Shown here: one piece after another, positions 7,586 through 16,799 of the stretch
Position numbering within the stretch: the first letter of the stretch is position 1
Layout: the number at the start of each line of letters is the position of its first letter
Assembly (NCBI GenBank): GCA_964534905.1
Contig: CAZHPZ010000002.1
Coordinates: 3,745-67,744 of the forward strand
Origin: an uncultured Lachnospiraceae bacterium
GTDB lineage: Bacteria > Bacillota > Clostridia > Oscillospirales > CAG-272
Direction: 5' to 3'
DNA: 64,000 bases
Made by a program: the position numbers and the translations under genes
Notes under the pieces: model-generated
What the model was told of the DNA's origin: nothing
Seen by the model: the letters and a program-made list of their open reading frames with translations, nothing else
Databases searched by the model: none

Positions 7586-8692
7586 ATGATAATAGAACTT
7601 GAAGAATACAAATACAAGCTCATAGGAATGAGAAAGGATATTTCGGAGCTCAGGCACTCGCTTCGAATAGACGAGCTTACAAAAAGCGTAAACGAAATGG
7701 AGGAAAAAACGCTTGACCCCGATTTTTGGTCAAATCAGGACAATTCCTCAAAAATACTTCAGCAAATAAAGCAGGGCAAGAAAAAGCTCGACGAATTTAA
7801 CGGACTTGTTCAGCGCCTTGAGGACGCTATCGCTCTGGCGGATATGGCTATTGAAGAAAACGAAGAAGCATATGCCGATGAGGTTAAGACAGAGCTTGAA
7901 TTTGTCGAAAAAGAAGAAGAAAGAATGAGAATCGAGATTCTTCTATCAGGAGAATATGATCACCACAACGCAATAGTTTCATTCCATCCGGGTGCAGGCG
8001 GAACAGAGGCGCAGGACTGGGCTCAAATGCTTTACAGAATGATAACACGTTGGGCAGAGGCTCACGATTACAACGTCAAGCTTCTTGACTGGCTCGACGG
8101 AGATGCTGCGGGAATAAAGAGTGCTACGATACTTGTTGAGGGTGATAATGCTTACGGATATCTGAAAAGCGAAAACGGAGTTCACCGCCTTGTACGTGTA
8201 TCCCCCTTTGACGCAAACGGCAGGCGTCAGACATCATTCGCTTCAATAGAGGTCATGCCGGAATTCGAGGACGACAACACTATTGAAATACGTCCGGAGG
8301 ACATTGAGGTAACGGCACACCGTTCAAGCGGTGCGGGAGGTCAGCACATCAACAAGACCGACTCGGCTATCAGAATTCTTCACAAGCCAACCGGTATAGT
8401 AGTCGGATGTCAGACAGAGCGTTCTCAGCTTCAAAACAAGGAAACGGCAATGAAAATGCTGAAATCAAAGCTTCTTGAGATAAAAATAAGTGAAAATCTT
8501 GAAAGAGTTGAGGACATTCAGGGTAACAAGGCAAATATTGAATGGGGATCTCAGATACGCTCGTACGTATTTATGCCCTACACTCTCGCCAAGGACACGA
8601 GAACCGGATATGAAAACGGCAATATTCAGGCAGTTATGGACGGCGATATAGACGGATTTATCAATGCATATCTCAGATATATAACAAAATAA
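7586..8692 (+). CDS. prfB: peptide chain release factor 2, encoded in a single frame
   Basis: The SPF tripeptide (RVSPFDANGRRQTSF) and GGQ motif (SSGAGGQHINKTDSAIR) are present. GGAGG lies 7 nt upstream. Codons 26-27 read CTT CGA where frameshifting prfB genes have CTT TGA. Confidence 0.93.
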   Translation: MIIELEEYKYKLIGMRKDISELRHSLRIDELTKSVNEMEEKTLDPDFWSNQDNSSKILQQIKQGKKKLDEFNGLVQRLEDAIALADMAIEENEEAYADEVKTELEFVEKEEERMRIEILLSGEYDHHNAIVSFHPGAGGTEAQDWAQMLYRMITRWAEAHDYNVKLLDWLDGDAAGIKSATILVEGDNAYGYLKSENGVHRLVRVSPFDANGRRQTSFASIEVMPEFEDDNTIEIRPEDIEVTAHRSSGAGGQHINKTDSAIRILHKPTGIVVGCQTERSQLQNKETAMKMLKSKLLEIKISENLERVEDIQGNKANIEWGSQIRSYVFMPYTLAKDTRTGYENGNIQAVMDGDIDGFINAYLRYITK

Positions 8693-8877
8693 TTCAAAAA
8701 AGGCTTCCCGTTGGAAGCCTTTTGATATGTCCCGAGCCATTCTTCGGGAATTTCGGTATTGTCGGAAAAATTATCGGACAAAGCAAAAGAGGCGAAAAGC
8801 AAAAGAAAAATCGCAAAGGCGAATATTCTCCTTTTAAGCTCTTCTCTGCTTCGTACCGATTTGATTTTATATTTCAT
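8626..8877 (-). CDS. possible small membrane-anchored protein (83 aa), doubtful
   Basis: GAGGTG lies 5 nt upstream of ATG 8877, and the N-terminus has a TM segment (RRIFAFAIFLLLFASFALS). However, the frame reads through the prfB terminator hairpin and 67 nt into the prfB 3' end. Confidence 0.3.
   Translation of the reverse strand: MKYKIKSVRSREELKRRIFAFAIFLLLFASFALSDNFSDNTEIPEEWLGTYQKASNGKPFLNYFVIYLRYALINPSISPSITA
8696..8724. terminator. bidirectional terminator after prfB
   Basis: AAAAGGCTTCC-CGTT-GGAAGCCTTTT. Confidence 0.7.
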
Positions 8878-8921
8878 ATTCTCTCACCTCAAGAAAGAAT
8901 ATTATCGGAGGCTGCAATTTA

Positions 8922-10073
8922 TTACTCCGCTATATATGGATTTTTTCTCACATAAAATCCCTTATCCTTTTTATTTTCAAAGCACATCGTATAGAATGAA
9001 TCAGCGCGCCTATCCAATTCCTTTTGTCTGCCATCCGGGGCTGAGGACGGTTTGGTTATCACAGGTATGCTGTTTTCTTTTTTTCTTATTTGAGACAAAA
9101 TTTCTCTGCCGGCACCATTCGCCGCAAGCAATGTGGTATATTCGACATTTGCCTTAAGATCACGTTCTCTTATTCCGAGCAGCATATACAGCACCGCACG
9201 CCGAAGTGAGCTTGACGTATATTTTTTCGTTTGCAACGCTCTTTCGAATTCGGTATAATCCGAACTTTGCTCCGCTACGCTGACAACCCTGTTTATAATT
9301 CCCGTATCTCTAACGGCAAGGTCAATGTCTCTGTCGCGGTAAAGTCTGAGATACAAAAGCAATGCATCGCTTGCATACTTAATATCCGACATTTCCGATT
9401 TTTCAAGGATCTCTGTCACCGCATGCGGTACATAGTCCATTATACTTTCTATGCCGCTCGACTCGATACTTTTTCTGACCGCACTCGCACTCGGATTTTC
9501 ACCGCATATGAGAGTATTCTCACGATACTGTGTGCCCTCTCTTTTTATCGGATATATTTCCATATTATAATTACGCGTAATAATTGCCTTAGCATATTCT
9601 ATTCCGAGGATATCATTCGATTTTATCTCGTCGCAGCCGCTCATTTGCGCAAGAAGGTCAAAATACGCACCGGCGCTCTCTTCTCCCTTTGGCAATGCTG
9701 TACAGGCGTTTTTAAACTCATCGGATGACGCAACATTCGCAATTTGCAATATTTTTTCCTTGCCTCCGCTTTCGGAGCCGAAGCAAAGCTTATCTACACC
9801 GAGTGAATAAAGAATATCCACTCCTGCACGTGCAAAATATTCGGCACTTGAAATACAAAAAGGCATCGGCAATTCAACCACCGCATCCGCTCCGCACATC
9901 ACAGCCGACTTGGCTCTTGTGTATTTGTCAGTGAGTGCCACTTCGCCTCGTTGGGTAAAATTTCCGCTCATAACACAAACAATGGGCTCATCGGATATCT
10001 CTCTTATTTTATTGATTTGACTTAAATGACCGTTATGAAACGGATTGTATTCACAAATTATTCCAAACGACAT
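8922..10073 (-). CDS. tmcAL: tRNA(Met) cytidine acetate ligase (YlbM/TmcAL nucleotidyltransferase family)
   Basis: The N-terminus GIICEYNPFHNGHLSQI...VCVMSGNFTQRGE...DKYTRA is characteristic of the family. Confidence 0.8.
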   Translation of the reverse strand: MSFGIICEYNPFHNGHLSQINKIREISDEPIVCVMSGNFTQRGEVALTDKYTRAKSAVMCGADAVVELPMPFCISSAEYFARAGVDILYSLGVDKLCFGSESGGKEKILQIANVASSDEFKNACTALPKGEESAGAYFDLLAQMSGCDEIKSNDILGIEYAKAIITRNYNMEIYPIKREGTQYRENTLICGENPSASAVRKSIESSGIESIMDYVPHAVTEILEKSEMSDIKYASDALLLYLRLYRDRDIDLAVRDTGIINRVVSVAEQSSDYTEFERALQTKKYTSSSLRRAVLYMLLGIRERDLKANVEYTTLLAANGAGREILSQIRKKENSIPVITKPSSAPDGRQKELDRRADSFYTMCFENKKDKGFYVRKNPYIAE

Positions 10074-10103
10074 ATTTATCCCCTTTTATTTTGTTAAAAT
10101 CTA

Positions 10104-10132
10104 TTGAAATATTCGTTTTTATGTTGTATAAT
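10104..10132 (+). promoter_or_regulatory. sigma-A promoter for ackA (TTGAAA-17-TATAAT)
   Basis: Near-consensus hexamers with a 17-nt spacer, 36 nt upstream of the ATG. Confidence 0.55.
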
Positions 10133-10167
10133 AGGTATGTATTAAAATTTTTGGAGGTTCATTTAAA

Positions 10168-11376
10168 ATGAATGTACTCGTTGTAAACGCGGGCTCAAGC
10201 TCGCTTAAATATCAGCTTTTCGATACTTCAAGCAATACCGTTATCGCTAAGGGTATCTGCGAAAGAATCGGTATCGACGGCAAGCTCACCCATAAGCAGC
10301 TCGTTAGCGGAAAGACGTTTTCGGCAGATATTGATATGCCCAATCACACAGTTGCTATGAAGAGCGTTGTCGATGCACTCACCAGCAAGGAGCACGGCTG
10401 CATAAGCAGTATGAGTGAGATTGAAGCTGTAGGACACAGAATTGTCCACGGCGGACACTATTTCTCACAGTCTGTAATTCTCACCGATGAGATATACAAC
10501 ATTCTCGACACAAAATGCCGTGATCTCGCACCCTTGCACACGCCCGCTCATCTTCAGGGAATCAAGGCTTGTCTCGATATTATGTCGGATACACCTCAGG
10601 TTCTCGTATTTGATACGGCGTTCCATCAGACTATGCCCCAAGAGGCTTATATGTACGGAGTTCCCTACGAGCTTTATGAGGAATACGGCATTCGCCGTTA
10701 CGGTGCTCACGGCACATCTCACCGCTACGTTGCCGGAGAAATGATCAAAATTCTCGGCAAGGCCGAAGGCACGAAGATCGTTACCTGCCACCTCGGAAAC
10801 GGCTCATCAATAAGTGCTGTAAAGGACGGCAAATGCATTGATACATCTATGGGATTCACTCCTCTCGCAGGCGTTCTTATGGGAACACGCTGCGGCGATA
10901 TGGACCCTGCGGTCGTTCCGTTTATTATGGAAAAGCTTGATCTTACACCGGCAGAGGTAAATAATTATATGAACAAGAAGTGCGGCTTCCTCGGCATTTC
11001 CGGTGTTTCTTCCGACTGCCGTGATATAGAGGCTGCAATTCGTGACGGCAACGAGCGTGCCGCTCTCGCTATTGACATGGTATCTTACCAGATCAAAAAA
11101 TACATCGGCTCCTACACTGCCGCTATGGGCGGTCTCGACGCGATAGTATTCACTGCCGGAATCGGCGAAAACACCGCTACTATCAGAAGAAAGTCTCTTG
11201 AGGGACTTGAATATCTCGGAATTGAGCTTAACGACGATGTCAACTGCAAGACATTCGGTTCTTCGGGAATTACAAAGCTTTCTACCGACAATTCAAAGGT
11301 TCAGATATATATGATCCCCACGAACGAGGAGCTTATGATCGCACAGGATACCGAAGCGCTTGTAAAATCAATCTAA
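10168..11376 (+). CDS. ackA: acetate kinase
   Basis: MNVLVVNAGSSSLKYQLF, HRIVHGG, VFDTAFHQTMP and RYGAHGTSH are present. RBS is GGAGG. Confidence 0.95.
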   Translation: MNVLVVNAGSSSLKYQLFDTSSNTVIAKGICERIGIDGKLTHKQLVSGKTFSADIDMPNHTVAMKSVVDALTSKEHGCISSMSEIEAVGHRIVHGGHYFSQSVILTDEIYNILDTKCRDLAPLHTPAHLQGIKACLDIMSDTPQVLVFDTAFHQTMPQEAYMYGVPYELYEEYGIRRYGAHGTSHRYVAGEMIKILGKAEGTKIVTCHLGNGSSISAVKDGKCIDTSMGFTPLAGVLMGTRCGDMDPAVVPFIMEKLDLTPAEVNNYMNKKCGFLGISGVSSDCRDIEAAIRDGNERAALAIDMVSYQIKKYIGSYTAAMGGLDAIVFTAGIGENTATIRRKSLEGLEYLGIELNDDVNCKTFGSSGITKLSTDNSKVQIYMIPTNEELMIAQDTEALVKSI

Positions 11377-11387
11377 CCGTATTTTTC

Positions 11388-11420
11388 AAAGGTTGCTGCC
11401 ACATGCAGCAACCTTTTTAT
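11388..11420. terminator. bidirectional terminator
   Basis: AAAGGTTGCTGC-CACAT-GCAGCAACCTTT followed by a T-run, between convergent genes. Confidence 0.7.
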
Positions 11421-11447
11421 TCTATTATACCATTTTTTTTAACAATT

Positions 11448-12497
11448 TCAATTCCCCGCAAACATTTTATCGCAAAATCTTTCCGTAAATTTTTCTTTGG
11501 CATCGAAGTTCATTGCAGATCCGTATATCTCCTCAAGAATAAAATGATATTTTTTGATTTTTTCGAATTCATTTAAAGCAAGCTCCAACACCTCATCTCT
11601 CACTCTTATCGCAGATCTGTACTCGCCTCTGAGCGCGCTTATTTTGTCGACACACAAAAAGCGTTTCATATTGATCACACGTGCTCCGTCCCTCATTCCG
11701 TTGCCTATCTCGAATGTCACTCCCGACGATACCATACACAACGCATCAAGCCTTTCTTTAATTATCGGATGATTTGACAAATGCATATCTATATGCTTTT
11801 TCTTCATAGCACGGTATATAGCATCCAAAAGTATATGTGCACTCTCGAAATAATCACTCACATCATAATATATTACGGCATTATTGTAATACGTGTCAAA
11901 ATTACCGAGTCCGCGCATACCGACAGATCGTACAAGCAGGTGCTTTTCTTTACCGCTTTCGACAGTCATGCCTTTCGCGAATTTTTCGGCAAACATATCT
12001 ATTTTTTCTGTCTTGACCGCCGTGCGTATCAGGCTCTCGATATTATTGCTTATTGAACGGTAAGCGGACAGATAACGATATGCGTTTTCAAATCCCATTT
12101 GCTTTTTGCGGTTTATATCCTCGATTATTTTTCGACTTCCGCGCAGCATATCCTCATTCAGAAATTCGCCGAGATTTATCACAGCTTCAACCGCACCTAT
12201 CATCTTAGGCTCATATATGTGCGGCGCCGTTCCGTCAAGCACGGCAATCGCGGGCTCCTTTATTATAATTCCGTCAAGCGATGAGGAATCCGACGAGCAA
12301 TAAATATACCTCACACTCAACCCGTTTTTCTCCGCTCTTTCTGCAATATCCCTCATAAACCTTGCCTTTCCCGTTCCCGAGCCTCCCTTTATGACATATA
12401 TCCTATTAAGCTCATCAATATTAAATACACCGTCATAATAAGAGCAGAATCCGTCCGCAGAATTTGAAGCCGCAAAATATTTTTCTTCCATATCCAA
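11448..12497 (-). CDS. P-loop NTPase of unknown function, a conserved Firmicutes family
   Basis: Walker A is IKGGSGTGKA and a Walker-B-like stretch is AIAVLDGTAPH. RBS is GGAGG. The pattern ...CSSDSSSLDG...DGTAPH...INLGEF recalls the uncharacterised PRK06851-type family. That recollection is from memory and unverified. Confidence 0.75.
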   Translation of the reverse strand: MDMEEKYFAASNSADGFCSYYDGVFNIDELNRIYVIKGGSGTGKARFMRDIAERAEKNGLSVRYIYCSSDSSSLDGIIIKEPAIAVLDGTAPHIYEPKMIGAVEAVINLGEFLNEDMLRGSRKIIEDINRKKQMGFENAYRYLSAYRSISNNIESLIRTAVKTEKIDMFAEKFAKGMTVESGKEKHLLVRSVGMRGLGNFDTYYNNAVIYYDVSDYFESAHILLDAIYRAMKKKHIDMHLSNHPIIKERLDALCMVSSGVTFEIGNGMRDGARVINMKRFLCVDKISALRGEYRSAIRVRDEVLELALNEFEKIKKYHFILEEIYGSAMNFDAKEKFTERFCDKMFAGN

Positions 12498-12530
12498 TCC
12501 TCCATAAAGTTATAACAGTATAAATTTATG

Positions 12531-12564
12531 AAAAAGAAGAGCGATTTGTTAAAAAATCGCTCTT
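12531..12564 (-). terminator. terminator after rqcH
   Basis: AAGAGCGATTT / AAATCGCTCTT stem followed by a T-run on the minus strand. Confidence 0.55.
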
Positions 12565-12579
12565 TAAACGGATATAAAA

Positions 12580-14343
12580 TTATATTTCTCGAAGTTTTGC
12601 TATTTTTTCCGCACACGGCGTTACATAAGCAGTCCAGTTTGTATGATAGATTACAAGTCCCGGATTTGCTCCCTGTATCTTTTTCACGTTTTTGGCAAAT
12701 GTGTAATCAACAGGAACATTTACTCCGCCCTGAAGGCTTGAATAATATGCCGCAATTTCTGCCGCCTCGGTAAAGCTTTCGCTGTTCGGCTCCTCGCCGT
12801 TACAAATCATAACGACGTGGCTTCCCGCCTTATTCTTTATATGGAACCAATAATCACTCTTATGTGCCAGATTAAATGTAATATTTTCGTTTTGAATATT
12901 ATTTTTTCCGCACAGAACGCTGTATCCTTCCGTTGTTCGGAATTTCATATACGCAACACTCTTATGCTTTTGCGGAGAGTAATTTTTCATTTTCGAGGCA
13001 TATCCGGAATTATAAAGCTCATCTCTTATCTCCACAAGATCACTTGCGTTCTCGGCATGAGAAAGTGCATCAAAAACGGAATATACGTAGCTCAGCTCCT
13101 GCTCCGCCTTTTTAATCTGTATGGTTAGCTCACGCTCGGCACTCTTGCATTTGTTGTATTTCTTATACATTCTCTGTGCGTTTGCGGACGGAGAAAGTCT
13201 TGAATCAAGCTCTATTTTGACCATTCCGAAGCTTCCGTCACTTTCATTATATGACGAATAATCAACAAGCTCAACCGATTTCATTCCTCGCTCTATCAAA
13301 TGCAAATTTGAAGTTATGAGGTCGCCGGCCCGCTTATATTCTTCGCCCAGCTTACAATCCTCAAGCTCACTTCTCTGCTTATCCATTTTCTTAAGCAGAC
13401 GCGCTTCGGAATTTGTAAGTATCTTAAGAATATCCGTCGCTCTTTGCTTGACTCTTACGGCTCTGTCACGACTTTCGAAATACATATCTATCATCTCGGA
13501 TGGAGATGTGTATTCTCTTATTTCAAGTCCTCTGTAATGAGTTAATTTGCAAAAGGCATATTCCACCGTTCGCTCACCGTCAAATACTGCCGTCGGAGCG
13601 TAAGAATTGTTTTTTATCTCGGAAACTATGTCGCAGAATGATTCAAAAAGCATTTCGCATTTACAAGCGGCAAGCGTTGCATCGGCATCACCGCAGGCCC
13701 TGTAAGCCATTTCTCGTGCTACTGCACTTGAAATTCCCATATAATTGGATATAATAAATTTATCCGCACGCTGATCCGGCAAAGCGTTTTCATAGAGCGA
13801 GAAAAATTCTTCCTTATCGGTAAGAATAGGATCCGCTTTATTCTGCTTAGGCGGAAGCTCATACAGCATACCCGGAAGCACTTGACGCAATGAGCTTGTG
13901 GTAAAATCAACAGTTTTGAGAGCGGATATTATTTTTTTATCCGAGTCGAGCAAAATCAAATTGGAGTATTTTCCCATAAGTTCCGCTACAAGATAACATT
14001 TCGTATCAAATCCCATTTCATCTCTCGTATCAAACGAAAGCATTACCGCACGCTCAAATCCGAGTTGAACAATATCTGCAAGCTTTGCCCCCTGAAGCCT
14101 TTTACGTAACAGAACGCAAAACATCGGGGGATTTTTCGGATTTTCCTTGGCAATCGATGTAAAGCCCATTCTCGCATTGTTTGAGCCTGCATTTATGAGC
14201 AGTCTTTTACCGCCGTGAAGCGATCTTATTTGTATGTGTATTTCATCCCTGTCGGGCTGATATATTTTTTCAACTCTTGCACCGCAGGACTCGGAAAGTA
14301 TCTCCGAGGTCACGCAGGCAAGCATTCCAGCATCAAACGCCAT
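12580..14343 (-). CDS. rqcH: ribosome quality-control NFACT-family protein (Rqc2 homologue RqcH, FbpA-like)
   Basis: The N-terminus MAFDAGML...VEKIYQP..DEI.I......G..RLLI.A......R....T and the C-terminal NFACT-R pattern (DYWFHIKNKAGSHVVM) match the family. The start was chosen at ATG 14343, not the upstream 14406. Confidence 0.85.
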   Translation of the reverse strand: MAFDAGMLACVTSEILSESCGARVEKIYQPDRDEIHIQIRSLHGGKRLLINAGSNNARMGFTSIAKENPKNPPMFCVLLRKRLQGAKLADIVQLGFERAVMLSFDTRDEMGFDTKCYLVAELMGKYSNLILLDSDKKIISALKTVDFTTSSLRQVLPGMLYELPPKQNKADPILTDKEEFFSLYENALPDQRADKFIISNYMGISSAVAREMAYRACGDADATLAACKCEMLFESFCDIVSEIKNNSYAPTAVFDGERTVEYAFCKLTHYRGLEIREYTSPSEMIDMYFESRDRAVRVKQRATDILKILTNSEARLLKKMDKQRSELEDCKLGEEYKRAGDLITSNLHLIERGMKSVELVDYSSYNESDGSFGMVKIELDSRLSPSANAQRMYKKYNKCKSAERELTIQIKKAEQELSYVYSVFDALSHAENASDLVEIRDELYNSGYASKMKNYSPQKHKSVAYMKFRTTEGYSVLCGKNNIQNENITFNLAHKSDYWFHIKNKAGSHVVMICNGEEPNSESFTEAAEIAAYYSSLQGGVNVPVDYTFAKNVKKIQGANPGLVIYHTNWTAYVTPCAEKIAKLREI

Positions 14344-14406
14344 ATCAAAAAGCACCTCTTTTTTATAATCGAATATTATTGTAACATATATTTTATTATT
14401 TTGCAA

Positions 14407-14453
14407 GAAAAAGCCTCGTTTCTTTTAAGATTTTCTAAAAACGAGGCTTATTT
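14407..14453 (-). terminator. terminator hairpin after the SLH-protein gene
   Basis: AAGCCTCGTTT...AAACGAGGCTT stem with a 17-nt loop and a short T-run on the minus strand. Confidence 0.4.
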
Positions 14454-14456
14454 TCA

Positions 14457-15749
14457 TTATTCGATTATATCAAGAAGTGCGCAAAGCATTTGTGCAACCG
14501 AGGCTCTTGTGATTTCGGAATTAGCGGATATTGCTCCGTTTTCGCTTTCAAGCAATCCGAGGTCATTAAGAGAATATACTGCATCGTGCGCCCACGCCGG
14601 TATATCAGCCCTATCGGAGAAGATCGGCTTTACGGTGGGAACCGAAGCATTTACAAGCTTACTTATCATGAGCGCTGCCTCCGCTCTCGTTATCGCACGG
14701 TTGGGAGCGAAAAGATATTCACCGTTCTCGTCAACCTCCCCCGTAATTATCCCTCTCTCACGAGCCGCTCTTACATATCCTTTCATTGATTGCGGAATTT
14801 CATCATCGTCATCAAATCCCGTATTGGACACCGCTTCGCATTCAGTCATACCGATCGTATGCATAAGCATTACCGCAAAGTCAAGTCTCGATACCGATTT
14901 GTCGGGCATAAAATAGGTAGCATTGCCTATTTTCGTGCCGTCCATAATTCCCCTCTCTGTCATAGTCATCGCGGCATGATGTGCCTTATGCCCATTCATA
15001 TCACTGTATACGATATCGGTTTTTAATTTTTCAACATTCAGGCTGACCCTTTTCGAGGACGAATAATTTCCGTATTTATCAACGGCAACATATTCAAAGC
15101 TATCCTCGCCGAAATATGTGCCTAAGGGCAAATAAGTAAATTCGCCGGTTTCGGAATCAAGATCTATGACTCCGTTCTTGGCATAAGAGACAATCTCATA
15201 TCTGAGAGGATCACCATCGGGATCATATGCTCTTATTCTGCCGTAAGCCATTACGCTTTGATGTGTGCTGACACTGAATGTTCTCTCATTTTCCGAATCA
15301 AGCGTCGGTGCGGAATTCTCGCGTGTGAGGAAAAAGAGATTGCATGTCATTTCATATTCAGAGTCGTCAACCTTAAATTTAAATTCTGCCTGACGCACGT
15401 TACTGCTTGCCGCACGATAATTCAGCAAATCAAGATTGGAGCGTGATATCGTTTGTCCCTCATTAACAATAATATCTCCGAGGCAGAGGCAACCATCGCT
15501 CGATGAGGGTACGGCCGTAATTGTAATTGATGTTAACTGTGAGATATTGAGGCTTTTTTCAAAATCATCTGCACTGAAAACTATCTTTTCGTTCAAGAGG
15601 CCGCTTTTCGCCATTTCATTTCGGGCAGCTATAACGGAAAGTGCATCGGATATATCAAGGGACACATCGTCTTTTCCCTCTTTTATAATACCGACAGCTC
15701 CGAGCACAAGAGCCATAATTATTACGGAAAATGTTATAAATCTTTTCAT
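14457..15749 (-). CDS. cell-surface protein with a signal anchor, a cadherin/Ig-like domain and three C-terminal SLH repeats
   Basis: The N-terminal TM segment is MKRFITFSVIIMALVLGAV. The segment YDPDGDPLRYEIVSYAKNGVIDLDSETGEFTYLP...GEDSFEYVAVDKYGN is cadherin-like. Three SLH-like repeats are present (FMPDKSVSRLDFAVML, FAPNRAITRAEAALMISKL, SEITRASVAQMLCAL). Confidence 0.8.
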   Translation of the reverse strand: MKRFITFSVIIMALVLGAVGIIKEGKDDVSLDISDALSVIAARNEMAKSGLLNEKIVFSADDFEKSLNISQLTSITITAVPSSSDGCLCLGDIIVNEGQTISRSNLDLLNYRAASSNVRQAEFKFKVDDSEYEMTCNLFFLTRENSAPTLDSENERTFSVSTHQSVMAYGRIRAYDPDGDPLRYEIVSYAKNGVIDLDSETGEFTYLPLGTYFGEDSFEYVAVDKYGNYSSSKRVSLNVEKLKTDIVYSDMNGHKAHHAAMTMTERGIMDGTKIGNATYFMPDKSVSRLDFAVMLMHTIGMTECEAVSNTGFDDDDEIPQSMKGYVRAARERGIITGEVDENGEYLFAPNRAITRAEAALMISKLVNASVPTVKPIFSDRADIPAWAHDAVYSLNDLGLLESENGAISANSEITRASVAQMLCALLDIIE

Positions 15750-15827
15750 ATCGTTCCCCTTTAAGCATACATTAACTTATTAAATTATATCTGGGATAAG
15801 TTAATTTTATGCAACGAAAAAGAAATA

Positions 15828-15856
15828 TTGTAATTCGCGAAATTATGGTGTATAAT
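15828..15856 (+). promoter_or_regulatory. sigma-A promoter candidate (TTGTAA-17-TATAAT)
   Basis: Hexamers have a 17-nt spacer and lie 22 nt upstream of the ATG at 15879. Confidence 0.45.
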
Positions 15857-15878
15857 AGTATCATATCGGAGGTGGAAA

Positions 15879-16799
15879 ATGCAATTTGAAAATCAATTTA
15901 TCGGAATGACCGTAAAGCAGATATTAAAAGAGGAGCTCGGTTTTTCCCGAAAGGCGATAACCGCTCTAAAGTCACGCAATGACGGTATACTGATAAACGG
16001 TTCTCACGCCACCGTAAGAGCAATTATTTCAGAGGGCGATATCCTCTCGATAAACTATGATGACACGGAAATATCACAAAAAGCCGCAGTCCTTTCCTCA
16101 GTTTTGCCGAATGTAATTTTTGAGGACGATCATATTATCGCCGTAAACAAGCCTGCCAATATGCCGACACATCAATCACACGGTCATTTCGGTGATACGC
16201 TTGCCAATTCACTCGCATACTATTATTCGCAAAAGAGACGTCCCTTCGTTTTTCGTGCGGCAAATCGCCTTGACAGAAATACAAGCGGAATCGTGCTCAT
16301 TTCCAAGGACCGTGTTACGGCATCAAAGCTATCCGATGAAATAAAATCCGGGAAAATACAAAAAACGTATATTGCCGTTCTCGACGGATATTTACCCGAA
16401 GATTGCGGCGTAATACATACTTACATAAAAAGAGAAAGTGAAAGCATAATAACAAGATGCGTTTGCGACGAAAAGGACGAAGGTGCAAAATACGCCGTTA
16501 CGAACTACAAGGTACTGAAAAAAGCAAACGGACTTTCGCTCGTGCTTGCAATGCCCGTAACGGGACGTACACATCAGCTCAGAGTACATTTTTCAAGCCT
16601 CGGCGCACCCATAATCGGAGATGACCTTTACGGCAATCCGTCCGACCTCATAGACCGTCACGCGCTTCATGCGCGCTCTCTGTCATTTTCACATCCGCAA
16701 AGCGGAGAAAGCATCAATCTGACGGCTCCCCTGCCCGAGGATATGAAAAAAATAATTGAAAACAATTTCGGAAAGGATATTGTAATTTATGGAGAATAA
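15879..16799 (+). CDS. RluA-family pseudouridine synthase with an S4-like N-terminal domain
   Basis: The catalytic motif is ANRLDRNTSGIVLISK. KTYIAVLDG and TGRTHQLRVH are also present. Confidence 0.9.
   Translation: MQFENQFIGMTVKQILKEELGFSRKAITALKSRNDGILINGSHATVRAIISEGDILSINYDDTEISQKAAVLSSVLPNVIFEDDHIIAVNKPANMPTHQSHGHFGDTLANSLAYYYSQKRRPFVFRAANRLDRNTSGIVLISKDRVTASKLSDEIKSGKIQKTYIAVLDGYLPEDCGVIHTYIKRESESIITRCVCDEKDEGAKYAVTNYKVLKKANGLSLVLAMPVTGRTHQLRVHFSSLGAPIIGDDLYGNPSDLIDRHALHARSLSFSHPQSGESINLTAPLPEDMKKIIENNFGKDIVIYGE

Noticed and set aside
7586-7700. Programmed +1 frameshift in prfB
   Set aside because: I looked for CTT TGA near codon 26. The sequence is CTT CGA and the gene is a single uninterrupted frame.
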